From Histomonas meleagridis 2922-C6/04-290x (Eukaryota > Protista > Parabasalia): a stretch of DNA of 64,000 nucleotides. The position numbers and the translations under genes were made by a program. The notes under the pieces were generated by a model, which was given only the letters and a program-made list of their open reading frames with translations, was not told where the DNA came from and did not search any database. Within the stretch, counting starts at the first letter, position 1, and every line of letters starts with the position of its first letter. The stretch spans positions 372,001-436,000 of the forward strand of contig JAANOX010000142.1 in assembly GCA_020184695.1 (NCBI GenBank). The letters run 5' to 3'. Positions 47,488 to 58,767 of this stretch are shown piece after piece.

Positions 47488-48474
47488 ATGGTAAAACTGT
47501 ATCACCCCTCAAACGAATTCAAAAATCAGGATATTCACACTCAATTTTGTATGGATGATTACAATCACAGAAAGTGTGATCAATGTACAATCAATTTTCA
47601 AAGAACTTTGAAAATTTTTGAAAACAACGGATATCTATTTCGGTCATCTCCTCTTCCAATGGATAAGATGACCCATTTTGCTCAGCGGACCTTATTTTTA
47701 TTCCTGTCCAATGAGGTAGATGAAGCATTCCCTCAAGCGTCAACAAATGAAAAAAAGCAAATTGTCAACATCTCTTTCATGTACATCAATTCTAACATTG
47801 GAATCGATCAAGTTTCAGTAGAAATCAGGAACAACAAAAGTTATTTTGGAATGATTCAAAAAATTATGCAAATTAGAAATGAAAACAATGTTATATACCC
47901 ATCCAAGCCAATAAATTTCCCCAATTTTTATTACAGTAAAAGAAGTCCAAAATGGACTCAGTATGAAGACCTTAGGCTTCTTTGCGGGGTTTTAAAATAT
48001 GGCCCAAAAAACTGGAAATCAATATCTGCCTTTCTTGGAGAAACTAGATCAAGTGGCCAATGTAATCAACGTTGGAGCCGCACCATAAATCCTGAAATCA
48101 AACACACAAAATGGACAGAAAGTGAGGACAAACTTCTTTTACATCTTGTACAACAAGGCATTACCCGCTGGAAACAAATATCACAATCCATCCCAGGGCG
48201 TACTGATCTTCAATGCCGCTATCGTCATAAGCAGTTGATGAATATAGAGCAACATACATCTACAGATAAAGTTGAAGAACCGCCGCCACCAAATATAAAA
48301 GAAGTCAAACCGAATACTGACACAACACTCAAGCGGATCTTTCTACCTCATATCATACCAAGCCCAAACGGCACAATAACAGACACAAAACCACCGAACG
48401 TTGGCACTACCAAAATCATTCATTCATGTCATCGTAAAGTTATAGTCCAAGAAACACCAAAAAACACAAACTGA
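47488..48474 (+). CDS. R2R3 Myb-like DNA-binding protein
   Basis: KWTQYED...YGPKNW...RSSGQCNQRW...KWTESED...RWKQIS...GRTDLQCRYR. Start uncertain (47488 or 47551). Confidence 0.88.
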   Translation: MVKLYHPSNEFKNQDIHTQFCMDDYNHRKCDQCTINFQRTLKIFENNGYLFRSSPLPMDKMTHFAQRTLFLFLSNEVDEAFPQASTNEKKQIVNISFMYINSNIGIDQVSVEIRNNKSYFGMIQKIMQIRNENNVIYPSKPINFPNFYYSKRSPKWTQYEDLRLLCGVLKYGPKNWKSISAFLGETRSSGQCNQRWSRTINPEIKHTKWTESEDKLLLHLVQQGITRWKQISQSIPGRTDLQCRYRHKQLMNIEQHTSTDKVEEPPPPNIKEVKPNTDTTLKRIFLPHIIPSPNGTITDTKPPNVGTTKIIHSCHRKVIVQETPKNTN

Positions 48475-48480
48475 TAATAT

Positions 48481-49458
48481 TCATGTATTATTTATTGGTT
48501 TGTTTTTCTTTTTCTTGCTCATTTCCGACATACTTTCAATAAAACGAAGGTTTGGAATAAACATCAAAAGTGTATCGGAAAAATCAAGAATAGCGCCCGA
48601 TGGAAGTCTGCATGTCGCTGTAGGTAGAATGAGTGCTCCATTAACTCTAAAAGGAACGGTTCCAATGTTTTCTAAATAAAAATTGTAATCTTGCATGAAT
48701 GATAGTATTGCTTGGTTTCGCGAGATGTGCAACGAATTCGATGGACACTCAAGAAGAAGATTCACATCGCAATGGCTACCACGGCCAATAAGAATGGTAC
48801 GACGGTGCATTGTGTATTCATATGTTTCACTTCGAAGAAGTGCTAACGTTGAATCATCATTATTTGGAAATGCATAAAACTGAAGATTATGTTGAAGATA
48901 TGAAATACTTTCATCTAATACATCGTGGTTCTCCATTATGCCATGACGAGTTGGATAATTAACAGGAGATGAATTTGTATGGGTCATGTATGTATGAAAT
49001 TGAAACTCATCGATGGTTTGATTGGTAAATCTTGTAATTATGTTCTGTTTTTGTGTTTCATCTAGTAATTCTAACTCTTGGATTCTTTGGATTATTGATT
49101 CGCGAGAATGTATTTGTTTAAAATTAGAAATAAATTTTTGTATAAAGTCATCAAGTGAAATGGTGTCCTTAAGACGAATATATGTCAATAATAAATAGTC
49201 TTCTTCAAGATCAAATTTGACTTTGATATCAATATCTTCGGGTTTAAAAACAACTTCAGGAGGAGCATGAAGGATTGAATGCCAGTGTGATTTTATTTCT
49301 GATTTTGTATATTGTTGAAGTGGATTCAAAATTTGAAGTTCATCAAAAGGAACATAAAGTGACCCAATTATAAGTGATTTAACTCCATCATTGTTTAGCT
49401 CTTTGGTGATATCTTCTATTTCTGGTTGGGATGGTTTGATTGTTAGAACAGAATCCAT
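48481..49458 (-). CDS. FHA-domain protein, MCRS1/microspherule-like
   Basis: C-terminal LALLRSETYEYTM...ILIGR...CDVNL...HISRNQAIL...FYLENIG FHA signature. Confidence 0.8.
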   Translation of the reverse strand: MDSVLTIKPSQPEIEDITKELNNDGVKSLIIGSLYVPFDELQILNPLQQYTKSEIKSHWHSILHAPPEVVFKPEDIDIKVKFDLEEDYLLLTYIRLKDTISLDDFIQKFISNFKQIHSRESIIQRIQELELLDETQKQNIITRFTNQTIDEFQFHTYMTHTNSSPVNYPTRHGIMENHDVLDESISYLQHNLQFYAFPNNDDSTLALLRSETYEYTMHRRTILIGRGSHCDVNLLLECPSNSLHISRNQAILSFMQDYNFYLENIGTVPFRVNGALILPTATCRLPSGAILDFSDTLLMFIPNLRFIESMSEMSKKKKNKPINNT

Positions 49459-49542
49459 TCCTTTTTTAACGGTTCCCTAATATCGGCCGTTAAATTTATC
49501 TAAAAGTGTCAATTGATTGAATGATATTTTATCGTTAGAAGA
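49459..49542. promoter_or_regulatory. 84-bp bidirectional promoter with two outward-facing M3-like elements
   Basis: AACCGTTA on the minus strand (49467-49474) faces the FHA gene; GGCCGTTA on the plus strand (49485-49492) faces the chromo gene. Confidence 0.55.
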
Positions 49543-49932
49543 ATGGAAGAATATCAGGAATTGAATGATACTTTTTATGAGATTGATTCCATGATTTCAT
49601 TTGGAAAAAATGTAGGTGACGAAGAGGCAGTTATTAGAGGACATAAATTTATTGATGGTAAATTATTATATCTTGTAAATGAAGAATGGAGGGATCTTGA
49701 ATCAATATCTTGTATTGCTTTTATACGTAATTATTGGCATGAAAAAGAGCATTCAATTAACACTCCACTAGATCCAAATAGCAAAATTCTCTTTGTTAAA
49801 ATTGATTCAAATCATGAAAAAGTATATGGCGTATTAATGAATGAAGAAATACACCTTTTTTCTACCGAAGAAATTTTAAAATTTTCACCTAACCTACTCA
49901 TAGATTATTTCGAAGAACATTTCACTGAGTAG
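49543..49932 (+). CDS. Small HP1-like protein (degenerate chromo plus chromoshadow-like domains)
   Basis: IRGHKFIDGKLLYLV chromo-like segment and EEILKFSPNLLIDYFEEHF chromoshadow-like end. Confidence 0.55.
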   Translation: MEEYQELNDTFYEIDSMISFGKNVGDEEAVIRGHKFIDGKLLYLVNEEWRDLESISCIAFIRNYWHEKEHSINTPLDPNSKILFVKIDSNHEKVYGVLMNEEIHLFSTEEILKFSPNLLIDYFEEHFTE

Positions 49933-50631
49933 AAATTGTAACACTTATTAACTGACTTTGTAAAAAAAACACTATAATCAAACCCAGATCTATCCAGATG
50001 GGATTTATATTTGGTTAAATCATTTTATCTCGAATATCACCCAAAGAAATTTATTTGTTTTTATTAAAGAATATACCAATTTTAATATAAACATTGAATC
50101 TAAATCAAAATAAAAAATCAGATTTTGTTAAGGAACAACCTTATCTATTTTCGTGAGTGTGCAGAATTTGTTTTATCCAAAAAATATGTATATTTTTAGT
50201 CTTTTTCACCTAGGCTTCGAGTTTAAAAACTAGTCGCTTCCAGAAGTATCATTTTTATTTCATATTAATAAATTCGGACTATTTGTAATTTTTTAATTGA
50301 TTAAAGAGTTTTATATTTCTCCTAACAAAGAACATGAAAACTCTTTCTTTTTCTTTAAGAGACCGCAATTCTAGTACAATATGTTTGTATTTTATTAATT
50401 ATGAACATTGAATTTATGTTTTCACAAAAAAGTATTTTCCGCTTGAATGAATAATTAGGCCACAAACATGTTTGAAAAGAAGGATCATCAATCAAACAAA
50501 ATTGATATAGCACCGGAAAAATAAGGATACAAATCCGGTACAATTTTTTCACCAGAAATTGAAAGGCATTAATTTAAAAAGTTTATTCAAAATGTATCTC
50601 ACTCTAGACCGAGAAAAGTGACATAAAAAAA

Positions 50632-51255
50632 ATGAGCGAAGAAACACCAAAATTCAAGGTTGTTTTTGTTGGAGACACAACAGTTGGTAAAACATCAATT
50701 ATTCAGAAATATCTCAATATTGATAAGACAATTACATCAACTCTTGGTGCAACTTCAACTAGAATTGATGCAACTTTCAATGACTTTGAAATGATAATGA
50801 ATGTATGGGATACTGCTGGCCAAGACAACTTTAGAAACTTAGTCCCTGTTTATGCTAAAGGTTCACACGCAGTTGTAATTGTGTTTGACCTTGCAAATAA
50901 AACAACATATGAACATGTAAATGACTGGTACAATTACTTAATTCAGCACGTGCAGGGTTTTAAATGTATTGTTGTTGCTAATAAATCAGATTTAACTCCA
51001 TCAATTGATATAAACGATGCTTATGCTTGGGCCTCTGATCATAACGCGGAATTAATTAAAGCTTCTGCAGTTGATGGTACAAATATTGAAGAAATTTTTG
51101 AAACAATTTCAAAACAACTATATGAACTTTATCATGAAAAAGGAACCGAAGAAACAGTAGCAAAAGATGAAGGTGATCAAAGTAAAGAGCCTGAACCTAA
51201 AAAGGAAGTTAATCTAAATCAAAAGGAGAAAGAAAAAAAGGGAGGTTGTTGTTAA
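50632..51255 (+). CDS. Divergent Rab-family GTPase
   Basis: GDTTVGKT P-loop, WDTAGQ, NKSDL, SA motif and C-terminal CC prenylation site. Confidence 0.93.
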   Translation: MSEETPKFKVVFVGDTTVGKTSIIQKYLNIDKTITSTLGATSTRIDATFNDFEMIMNVWDTAGQDNFRNLVPVYAKGSHAVVIVFDLANKTTYEHVNDWYNYLIQHVQGFKCIVVANKSDLTPSIDINDAYAWASDHNAELIKASAVDGTNIEEIFETISKQLYELYHEKGTEETVAKDEGDQSKEPEPKKEVNLNQKEKEKKGGCC

Positions 51256-51557
51256 TGACATCTACATTTTCACTTCAATGAATAAACAAAATGTCTTGTT
51301 TTATTTTATCTGACCAGGCTCAATTTTTTAGCTTATTATTTCTTTATTTGTGGAAAAAAGAAGAAATTTGTTGTTTTCGAAAATTGTGGAGAAACCACGC
51401 AAACAATATTTCAATACATTTTAATCATTTTCCCTATCAATTATTGATTTTAAGGGTTTACTTAGTCAATGACTTCTAATTATGGTAAAATTTTATATTT
51501 GTATAAAGTATTCAAAAGCGTTCATCGGTTAAAGCGGTTTTCTGATCAACCATTAGA

Positions 51558-52238
51558 ATGGAAGATTTTGAGGGAGTTGATATAGAAACTTTAGAAGCAA
51601 TGCTTCTCAGCGAGCAATCAAAAACTAGTGAGCTTGAAGCGGAATACAGGAAATTGGAATTAGAAGTTCAAAAATTATCAATTCATGTTGAGCAAAAAGA
51701 GGAAAATTTAATCGCGCTTTTCAACAAAAAAATCAAAAAACTAAAGGAGAGGAATGCAGCTTTTTCGTTAGATATTCAAAAAGAAAAAGATTTAATTAAT
51801 CAAGCTGAACAACAATATCAAGCATCTCTTAAACAAAGCGAAAAATTATCACAAACAACTTCCCATCATGAAAATCAAATATGCCCTGAATTAGAAGCAC
51901 AAATAGCATATTTACAACAGGAAATCGAAAAAGTTCGAAATTGTCAATTCAAACAGGAAGAAGCAGAAAGCAAATTAGCTAAATTGCAATCTGAACTCGA
52001 AGAACGTGGTAAGATATGCGAAAATCAACTTTGCGATTTCACCAATGAGATCGAAGAACTCATTCGCTATAACAATAACATACTTGAACAAATTGGACAA
52101 ATTCAGAAAGAACAAGAAACCAGTAGCAGTTCATCAGAAGGTTCCACCAGAATTCCTGTTCAAGTTGGAAAGAAGCATCGCCAAGGATACTCGTCGCTTC
52201 CGGTAAAAAGGAAAAAGAGGAAAGTTCACCACTCATAA
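51558..52238 (+). CDS. Coiled-coil hypothetical protein with basic C-terminus
   Basis: 226-aa ORF with heptad composition. M3-like AGCGGTTT at 51533-51540. Confidence 0.7.
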   Translation: MEDFEGVDIETLEAMLLSEQSKTSELEAEYRKLELEVQKLSIHVEQKEENLIALFNKKIKKLKERNAAFSLDIQKEKDLINQAEQQYQASLKQSEKLSQTTSHHENQICPELEAQIAYLQQEIEKVRNCQFKQEEAESKLAKLQSELEERGKICENQLCDFTNEIEELIRYNNNILEQIGQIQKEQETSSSSSEGSTRIPVQVGKKHRQGYSSLPVKRKKRKVHHS

Positions 52239-53438
52239 CAGATCTCATTGGAGATGAAAATGTCTCAATTTTAGTTTATAAATATCGTTTTCGTGTACAC
52301 GAAATTAACATAAATAAGTAAAAATATAATTAAAAGTATGACCAAATTTCAGAGAGCTCAAAAAGAAAAACCATAAAAATATAAGAAGATATAATAAAAT
52401 TTTTCAAATTTCTGATTTTTATATAATTGATTTTTCACCAAGATTAAAATTTCATGGGAAGATGCTCATAAGTAGTAAAACAGTAAATAGAGCTTTCAGG
52501 TAGAAAACATGTTAAAAAATCATGGTTTTATTTTGCGAAATATCCTTGGTTAAATGATTTTGTTTTGCTACATAATCACTTAATGTAAATTGAGTGTGAT
52601 GATCAAAAATCATTGAAATAATGTTGTGTGCTTTCAATTATTTGGAGGTTTTTCTTGGTTATCAAAATATCACTCAAAAATTGGTGCAACGCAGAAATCA
52701 ATTTTCAAAAGCTAAAACTATGGTTTCTTTTTTTCAGTAAGCTTACCTTATTTTTTTTTGGATTTCCTGTATGATTGCACACCACAATATCTATTTATTA
52801 AGTAAATTTTGTTTTTGTAGTTGTTTCAACGACAAGCACGCAATCGGCTTCAAGATCTTTCATTATTTTTTCCTTTAAGCAGTATTACATCATTTTTCCT
52901 GATTTTTTTTGTTTTATATGTCAATGAAATTAATAATTCATCAATGAGTTATTACATATGTAATAAACCCTAACAAAATTCATTTATAAATTTTGGTCTG
53001 TTATGTTGTCATGTTCCTTAACATTTGAAGAACTTTATGAAAGCTTCAACACTTACCATAACTTAATATAAGGAATACCCAGATAAAACATGGTTCGATT
53101 GAAATATTGATACCATATGGCATTTTTATATTGGCTTAACATAATATTTGTTATCATTAGTAATGATGTATTATCAATCCAAGTTTTTACCTTTGAATAC
53201 GATCAAAATTATTTGTTGTTATTGTTGTTGAAGAAAGGTTATAAACCATTTGATTAGCAATGTCCAAATTTAAGATATATAATTTTTTCACTTCGCTTAA
53301 TTAATGTTCATTTTTCATAGAGTAAAAGTATAGAGTTTTTTAGAATACCTGAAGAAATAAATATTTTTTCTTTGAATAATTATGATATTTTTATGATAAA
53401 AATGTTGAAACAATCATTAAATTTTCCTGCAACTAAAA

Positions 53439-53585
53439 ATGGATATTGTTAAATTTTCTGGCTTCTATAAGATATTTTATCAGAATAAAGATATTGAAAC
53501 AATTGCTGTTACACAAGCAACAACTGATGAAAAAGACCCATTCGCTGCTGCAGATTTCAACGAAGATCATTTTGTTATTATATAA
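53439..53585 (+). pseudogene. Remnant of the cytoplasmic tail of a type-I membrane protein
   Basis: 48-codon ORF ending ...DEKDPFAAADFNED..., similar to the DPFANDF tail of 63215-64000. Upstream sequence is not open. Confidence 0.3.
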
Positions 53586-53713
53586 AGGTTAAATTTAACA
53601 CTCTTGCATTATATGTGTTACAACATAGTCAATTCTAATATTCCTTATTAAATCATTTCCTTAATAGTAAAAACATTTTTATAAATTTATGTGATTTAAT
53701 ATAATTATTTGTA

Positions 53714-54013
53714 CCATTACCAAATTATGAGTATTTTTCGTAATTAATGTGCGCATATTTTTTTCGACTTTCGTGTGCACTAATTCCATTACAAATTATG
53801 AGTATATCTCTTAAATATTTTATGCACATTTTTGGCGACTTTCGTGTGCACTAATTCCATTAAAAATTATGAGTATTTTTCATTAATGTGCGCATATTTT
53901 TTTCGATTTTCGTGCTCACTAATTCCATTACAAATTATGAGTATATCTCTTAAATATTTTATGCACATTTTTGGCGACTTTCGTGTGCACTAATTCCATT
54001 ACAAATTATGAGT
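53714..54013. repeat. ~70-bp minisatellite with A-B-A-B higher-order structure
   Basis: CCATT unit starts at 53714, 53786, 53857, 53925 and 53996. Shared core CGACTTTCGTGTGCACTAATTCCATTACAAATTATGAGTA. Confidence 0.9.
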
Positions 54014-54062
54014 AAACAAAATTAAATAAAATAAAAAATCAAATTCTACAAATAGCGAAGTT

Positions 54063-57000
54063 TTACTTTATCATCAACTTTATATTTTTCATTTTTCCCT
54101 CTTTTATACTATTTATATTCTTTTCGTAAGTTTCCTCATCCAAATTTCCTTCTTTTCCATCTTCCATTAACATCGAAACATTACCTTCGCCAACGAAAGT
54201 TTTCACCTTCTCTTGGAATTCATTAAATTTCATATTCTTCTTTATGATGAACACGTTTCCTTTCATCAACTTCTCGTTCATTATCTTCACGAATATTCTT
54301 CCTTCTTCGTATTTAATTATTTCCGCCTCCATATTTCCATTCCGTAACAACGCGTTATGTAATTGTCTTGCCTTTTGATACACCGAAGTTTGATCCGTTA
54401 TAGCTAATTTCGATATATCTATGTTACATTTATGATATATCTCTGTTGGTACAAATTTCGATGATATCGAAAATTCCATTGGTTTATCACCATTATATAC
54501 ATTTGTAGTATTTTCATTATAACTATTCCGATTAAATTGTCCACTACTTCTTGTATGAGATCGACGACTTGGTATTGGTGGATGATCGAATCTTGGCTTA
54601 CTTTTCGAATTATATAAATCTTGAACGGCCGGAATTGATTGTGGATTCAAATTAGACATTGATCTTGTCGATTTCGTTTGTCGTGTATTATTAGTATTAA
54701 GATTATTATTATTTAAATGCTTACTAACAGGTGTGTTCTTATTCAAGTTTATCGGCTCCATCACTTTCCGGGGTGCTCCGGGGCCGTTTATGTCCTTCAG
54801 ATTCGCGTGATCAATTATCATTGAACTTGTTCTCTTTTTCATTGATTCTTTAGTGTTTTCTCGAGCGGATAATAATGGTGGTACATTATTTTGGTTAATT
54901 CGATCGATAGAATTAGTACGTATTAATGGGGAATTCTCCTTACTAGGTGAAGAAGATTTACTACTATGAGTATCACCAAGTTGTAATGTGATAACAACTC
55001 GATCATCATTCTTTTGCTTTCGAGATCTCGGAACATATTCACGCGTTTCTGAAAAGCCTTCTTCAGTATCAACAATATAAGCACAAGCTATTGGTGAATC
55101 ATTTGAACCAAATGAACCACCATAAAGAATAGCTCGATTATCATTTAATTGGACTAATGATGAACGATAAAATGTTTTTGGTACATTACCAAATTGATCG
55201 AATTGTAAAAGTGAATAATTTTTAAGATCAATGATTAAATTATCTATAGGTGTTATAGAGTAACCACCAATGATCATTATATAATCGCCAAATATAAATG
55301 AACAATGTGAATGACGATTAATTAAATTAGTTTTATCATTTTGATTTATGTTATGACTTGTCCAAACTTTTTTATCAATATCATATTCTAAGAAATCATT
55401 ATAAATTTTCTTTTTGTTTTTACCAGCAATTACTATCATTAAGTTTTTACCATTTGTATTACTATATGTAGCTGTATGTAACATTCGAGGATCAGGTGGA
55501 TTTTCAGCATTTTGTATTTCTTCGATTTGATTATTTGTTGGATCAAATATTAATATATCATTAAAATATTTATGTGAATTCCTTCCACCGAAGAATATGA
55601 TTTTATTATTATATACTATTGATGAATGACCGAATCGAGAATATTCTTTTAATTGAATCTCTTCCCATTTATTATCATCGATTATATATTTCCAAATACT
55701 TCCAAATAATTTACTTTTAGTTTTACATCCAAATGAAACATATATTATATTATTAATAATATTAACAGTAAAGAATGAACGTGAAGAAATTGGTGTTGGT
55801 TCACTACTCCATTGATTATTTTCGATGTCATATTTAATTAATGAGAAATTAGAATCAATACTTCCAATGAAATATGCACATCCATTATAATAACATCCGC
55901 CAATATTATTCGATGGATAAATAGTTTCACCTAATTCAATGTCAGTCCATTTAACAAATTTATGTTCACATAATATATTCGATAATAATGGTGAACGTAA
56001 TTGATTAAAGGAATCGAACCAAATTGACTTCTCGGAATGATCTTTAAACTCAATAATATATTCTTTGCCTTCACTAAAGACAACTATTGATTCACTTGTC
56101 GGATATCCATTCATAAATTGAAATGAATCAATATCAGACTTCATAATATCAGTGTTTGTCTTTTTACCTTTCGATGCTAATACAACTAAATCAGTAAATA
56201 AATATAATATCGATGAACCTATTTTAGGTTTTGTTATTTTAACTGGTAATTGATGTATTACTTCTCGACCTTCTTCTAAGATATCTATTCCAGGTAATTC
56301 TTTTTGTATTGATTCCATTAATATTAATTGCTTGACTCGATGTGACGTTTTATCAATGTCTTTATTCGAATCATCCATTCGTTGTAATGCTAACGCTAAT
56401 AATTTTTTGTCTGGATGGAAATCGGGAGTGTTCTTATTAAGATCACGTAATAATAATGGATAACGTGGATATCGTTGTACTGGTGTAACATAATATGATA
56501 AAAAGTCACGCCCATTTTCTTCAGGATTATTCTCTTCAATGTCATTATACTTACTGGCAAAAAAGGCTGAACGTGTAAGCTTGTTCTTAATTAACTCATC
56601 AATGGTCTTATAATTGGATATAAAAGATAAGCTCTTCTTGAACATGTCAATGTACTTCAGAAAAAGTTTCCCAAATTCAGTGGGATAACCGATTTTTTGT
56701 GATTTAAGCTCTTCAAGCAGTTTCGAATGAATGCCAAGCAAAACTGGAATATCACGGAAGGCTAACTTGTATTGGATGTTGTCAAAGAGTTTGGCTTCTT
56801 TGAATTGAACTGACCAATATGTATTTAATTGGCCAATGTCATGTACAAAGGATTGTTCACTACTAAGAACCTCAGCAGCAAGTAGGCATCGAGTCTTAAT
56901 GCTTTTTAATACAGATTCAGGAACAGTAGCATAGAAAATGATATGATTTGTTTTGGAGTACTCATAAAGTTCACTGAAAGGGACATCATCACCGATTTCC

Positions 57001-57434
57001 GTGTCACCTTTTTTGATGGTGCCTGATGTTGAATCTGGGAAAAATTGAGAGATACATTTATCTTTTAAATCTTTGCCTTTCCACTTTTTAATGTCTTCTT
57101 CTGAAAAGGAAACTTCCATAAGTGGAAAATCTTCCTTTAAATCTGTGGTTATTTGTACGTAAATAGCGTTAGAAATTTCATTTTTGTCACTGATAAAATA
57201 ATAAGCAGGAGGAATCTCATACTTCCCAAGTCTTCTTTCTTGCTTTACTTCGTTGTTCGAGACAAAAGAATACGTGCTTAAATTGAGTTTCTCTCGATAA
57301 AACGGATTGTTAAAAGATATGTATTCCTTTTGTACTTTCAACTCAGCACATAGTTGGGTGTTAGTCATTTTCTGTAGTTGAGCTTCTTGAATGCATTGGA
57401 TTGCTTCGTTGGATCGATAAAATGGGATCCACAT
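54063..57434 (-). CDS. RhoGEF DH-PH plus Kelch-repeat protein
   Basis: EVLSSEQSFV...LSYYVTPVQRYPRYPLLLRDLNKNTP DH motifs, PH-like LYLFTDLVVLA, then Kelch GG repeats and a low-complexity tail. Confidence 0.88.
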   Translation of the reverse strand: MWIPFYRSNEAIQCIQEAQLQKMTNTQLCAELKVQKEYISFNNPFYREKLNLSTYSFVSNNEVKQERRLGKYEIPPAYYFISDKNEISNAIYVQITTDLKEDFPLMEVSFSEEDIKKWKGKDLKDKCISQFFPDSTSGTIKKGDTEIGDDVPFSELYEYSKTNHIIFYATVPESVLKSIKTRCLLAAEVLSSEQSFVHDIGQLNTYWSVQFKEAKLFDNIQYKLAFRDIPVLLGIHSKLLEELKSQKIGYPTEFGKLFLKYIDMFKKSLSFISNYKTIDELIKNKLTRSAFFASKYNDIEENNPEENGRDFLSYYVTPVQRYPRYPLLLRDLNKNTPDFHPDKKLLALALQRMDDSNKDIDKTSHRVKQLILMESIQKELPGIDILEEGREVIHQLPVKITKPKIGSSILYLFTDLVVLASKGKKTNTDIMKSDIDSFQFMNGYPTSESIVVFSEGKEYIIEFKDHSEKSIWFDSFNQLRSPLLSNILCEHKFVKWTDIELGETIYPSNNIGGCYYNGCAYFIGSIDSNFSLIKYDIENNQWSSEPTPISSRSFFTVNIINNIIYVSFGCKTKSKLFGSIWKYIIDDNKWEEIQLKEYSRFGHSSIVYNNKIIFFGGRNSHKYFNDILIFDPTNNQIEEIQNAENPPDPRMLHTATYSNTNGKNLMIVIAGKNKKKIYNDFLEYDIDKKVWTSHNINQNDKTNLINRHSHCSFIFGDYIMIIGGYSITPIDNLIIDLKNYSLLQFDQFGNVPKTFYRSSLVQLNDNRAILYGGSFGSNDSPIACAYIVDTEEGFSETREYVPRSRKQKNDDRVVITLQLGDTHSSKSSSPSKENSPLIRTNSIDRINQNNVPPLLSARENTKESMKKRTSSMIIDHANLKDINGPGAPRKVMEPINLNKNTPVSKHLNNNNLNTNNTRQTKSTRSMSNLNPQSIPAVQDLYNSKSKPRFDHPPIPSRRSHTRSSGQFNRNSYNENTTNVYNGDKPMEFSISSKFVPTEIYHKCNIDISKLAITDQTSVYQKARQLHNALLRNGNMEAEIIKYEEGRIFVKIMNEKLMKGNVFIIKKNMKFNEFQEKVKTFVGEGNVSMLMEDGKEGNLDEETYEKNINSIKEGKMKNIKLMIK

Positions 57435-57948
57435 CTAACCTGCTCCTTTTTACAAAGCTGCTTACCCACTTTTTGTATTGTAGGTTGAGTTGAACCATTC
57501 AAAAAAACCGATCATCGATATAAAAATATTTCATTGAATTCTTTCTGATTGATAGGGTGATTTGGTATCCTGTAATTGAATGCTTTACATGTATAAAATG
57601 CTGTCATTTTAATTGGCAACAAAAAACTGACATTATTCTTGAGCGAAACAAAAAAATGACTAACATAAAAATTAACATCCAATGCTTCTTGATTTCATAA
57701 AATGTTTTTTTATGTGTTTCTTTTTGTTATTTAAAAGAATGAAATAATTAATTATTGTTATCACGGATATAAAAATAACCATGAAACCATTAAGAATTAA
57801 TTCTTGTAGTAAATGGAATTCTCCATCGATTGCCCGTACTAAAAATCTGCTTATTTTATATTTAAAAATCTTTTTCTTCTACTCACATTTCACTGGCATT
57901 TGGGGTGCCTCAATTTGACTCATGTTTAAAAATCAATCCAGTAATTGT

Positions 57949-58767
57949 TTACTGACCTGCAGCAGCCCTCCTCTTAGCAAATAAGGCTGCAAGTTCATTA
58001 GCGACAGCTGCTTGTTGAGCACGTCCATCTTGGTTGGACATGAGTTCAATGATTTGCCTCATCTTTGATATGTAGATGGATTCGATGTAATCTCTGAAGT
58101 GGGCAGAATTGGATTCGACGAGTTCACCAACATTGACAATGTGATCATCATCATTTTTCCATGGCTTTGTAACAACTTTACGATCAGCTGTGCTTCCACC
58201 AATTGTAAGTGGTTGTGTGAGTCCAATGTCGATTGAGATGTGCATTAAAACTGATGATGTTAAAGTGTATGTGGCGTTTGAGCTTGATTCATCAACTTCA
58301 ACAACATCACTGCAGTCAATGACACCTTTAATTCTCTCACCAGTACGAAGCTTGGTGTCTATGTTGTTCTTGATGAAAACACCAAAGCCGAAAAGCTTGT
58401 CTTCAATTTCCCAAAGATAAACAGAGCAAATACCACCCTGGAAGTAAAGATGACGATATGCGTTGAAAGCGTTGTTAGCTTTGATTTCGATATTCCTAAG
58501 ACGTCTTGGAATTTGTTGACCATCTGGAAGTGGTGGATAATACTTGTTAGAAAGTGGTGAACGATGGCTATCAAGATCACGATTGAACTCACAGGTAACA
58601 AACTGTCCTCCTGCTTCTGGGTCGTTTTCAATCTTCATTGGAGTATCAACTGTACTTAAGAGGGTATCTGTTAAATCAGGGCAAAGATGGATAACATCAT
58701 AAAGACGTGGTTCGATTTCAGATGGTTGAACACGACGGAGAAGGTCATAAACAGCGTCTTCGGACAT
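57949..58767 (-). CDS. CAPZB: F-actin capping protein beta subunit
   Basis: DLLRRVQP...DLTDTLLSTVDTP...CEFNRDLDSHRSPLSNKYYP...YRHLYFQGGICSVYLW. Confidence 0.93.
   Translation of the reverse strand: MSEDAVYDLLRRVQPSEIEPRLYDVIHLCPDLTDTLLSTVDTPMKIENDPEAGGQFVTCEFNRDLDSHRSPLSNKYYPPLPDGQQIPRRLRNIEIKANNAFNAYRHLYFQGGICSVYLWEIEDKLFGFGVFIKNNIDTKLRTGERIKGVIDCSDVVEVDESSSNATYTLTSSVLMHISIDIGLTQPLTIGGSTADRKVVTKPWKNDDDHIVNVGELVESNSAHFRDYIESIYISKMRQIIELMSNQDGRAQQAAVANELAALFAKRRAAAGQ

Noticed and set aside
53714-54013. CRISPR array
   Set aside because: Spacers recur (A-B-A-B) and resemble each other, there are no cas genes, and the context is eukaryotic.
943-58631. Numerous antisense or overlapping short ORFs in the track (e.g. 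943-1290, 32392-32901, 45144-45479, 45804-46211, 58190-58420)
   Set aside because: Shadow frames of well-supported genes with no domain signal.
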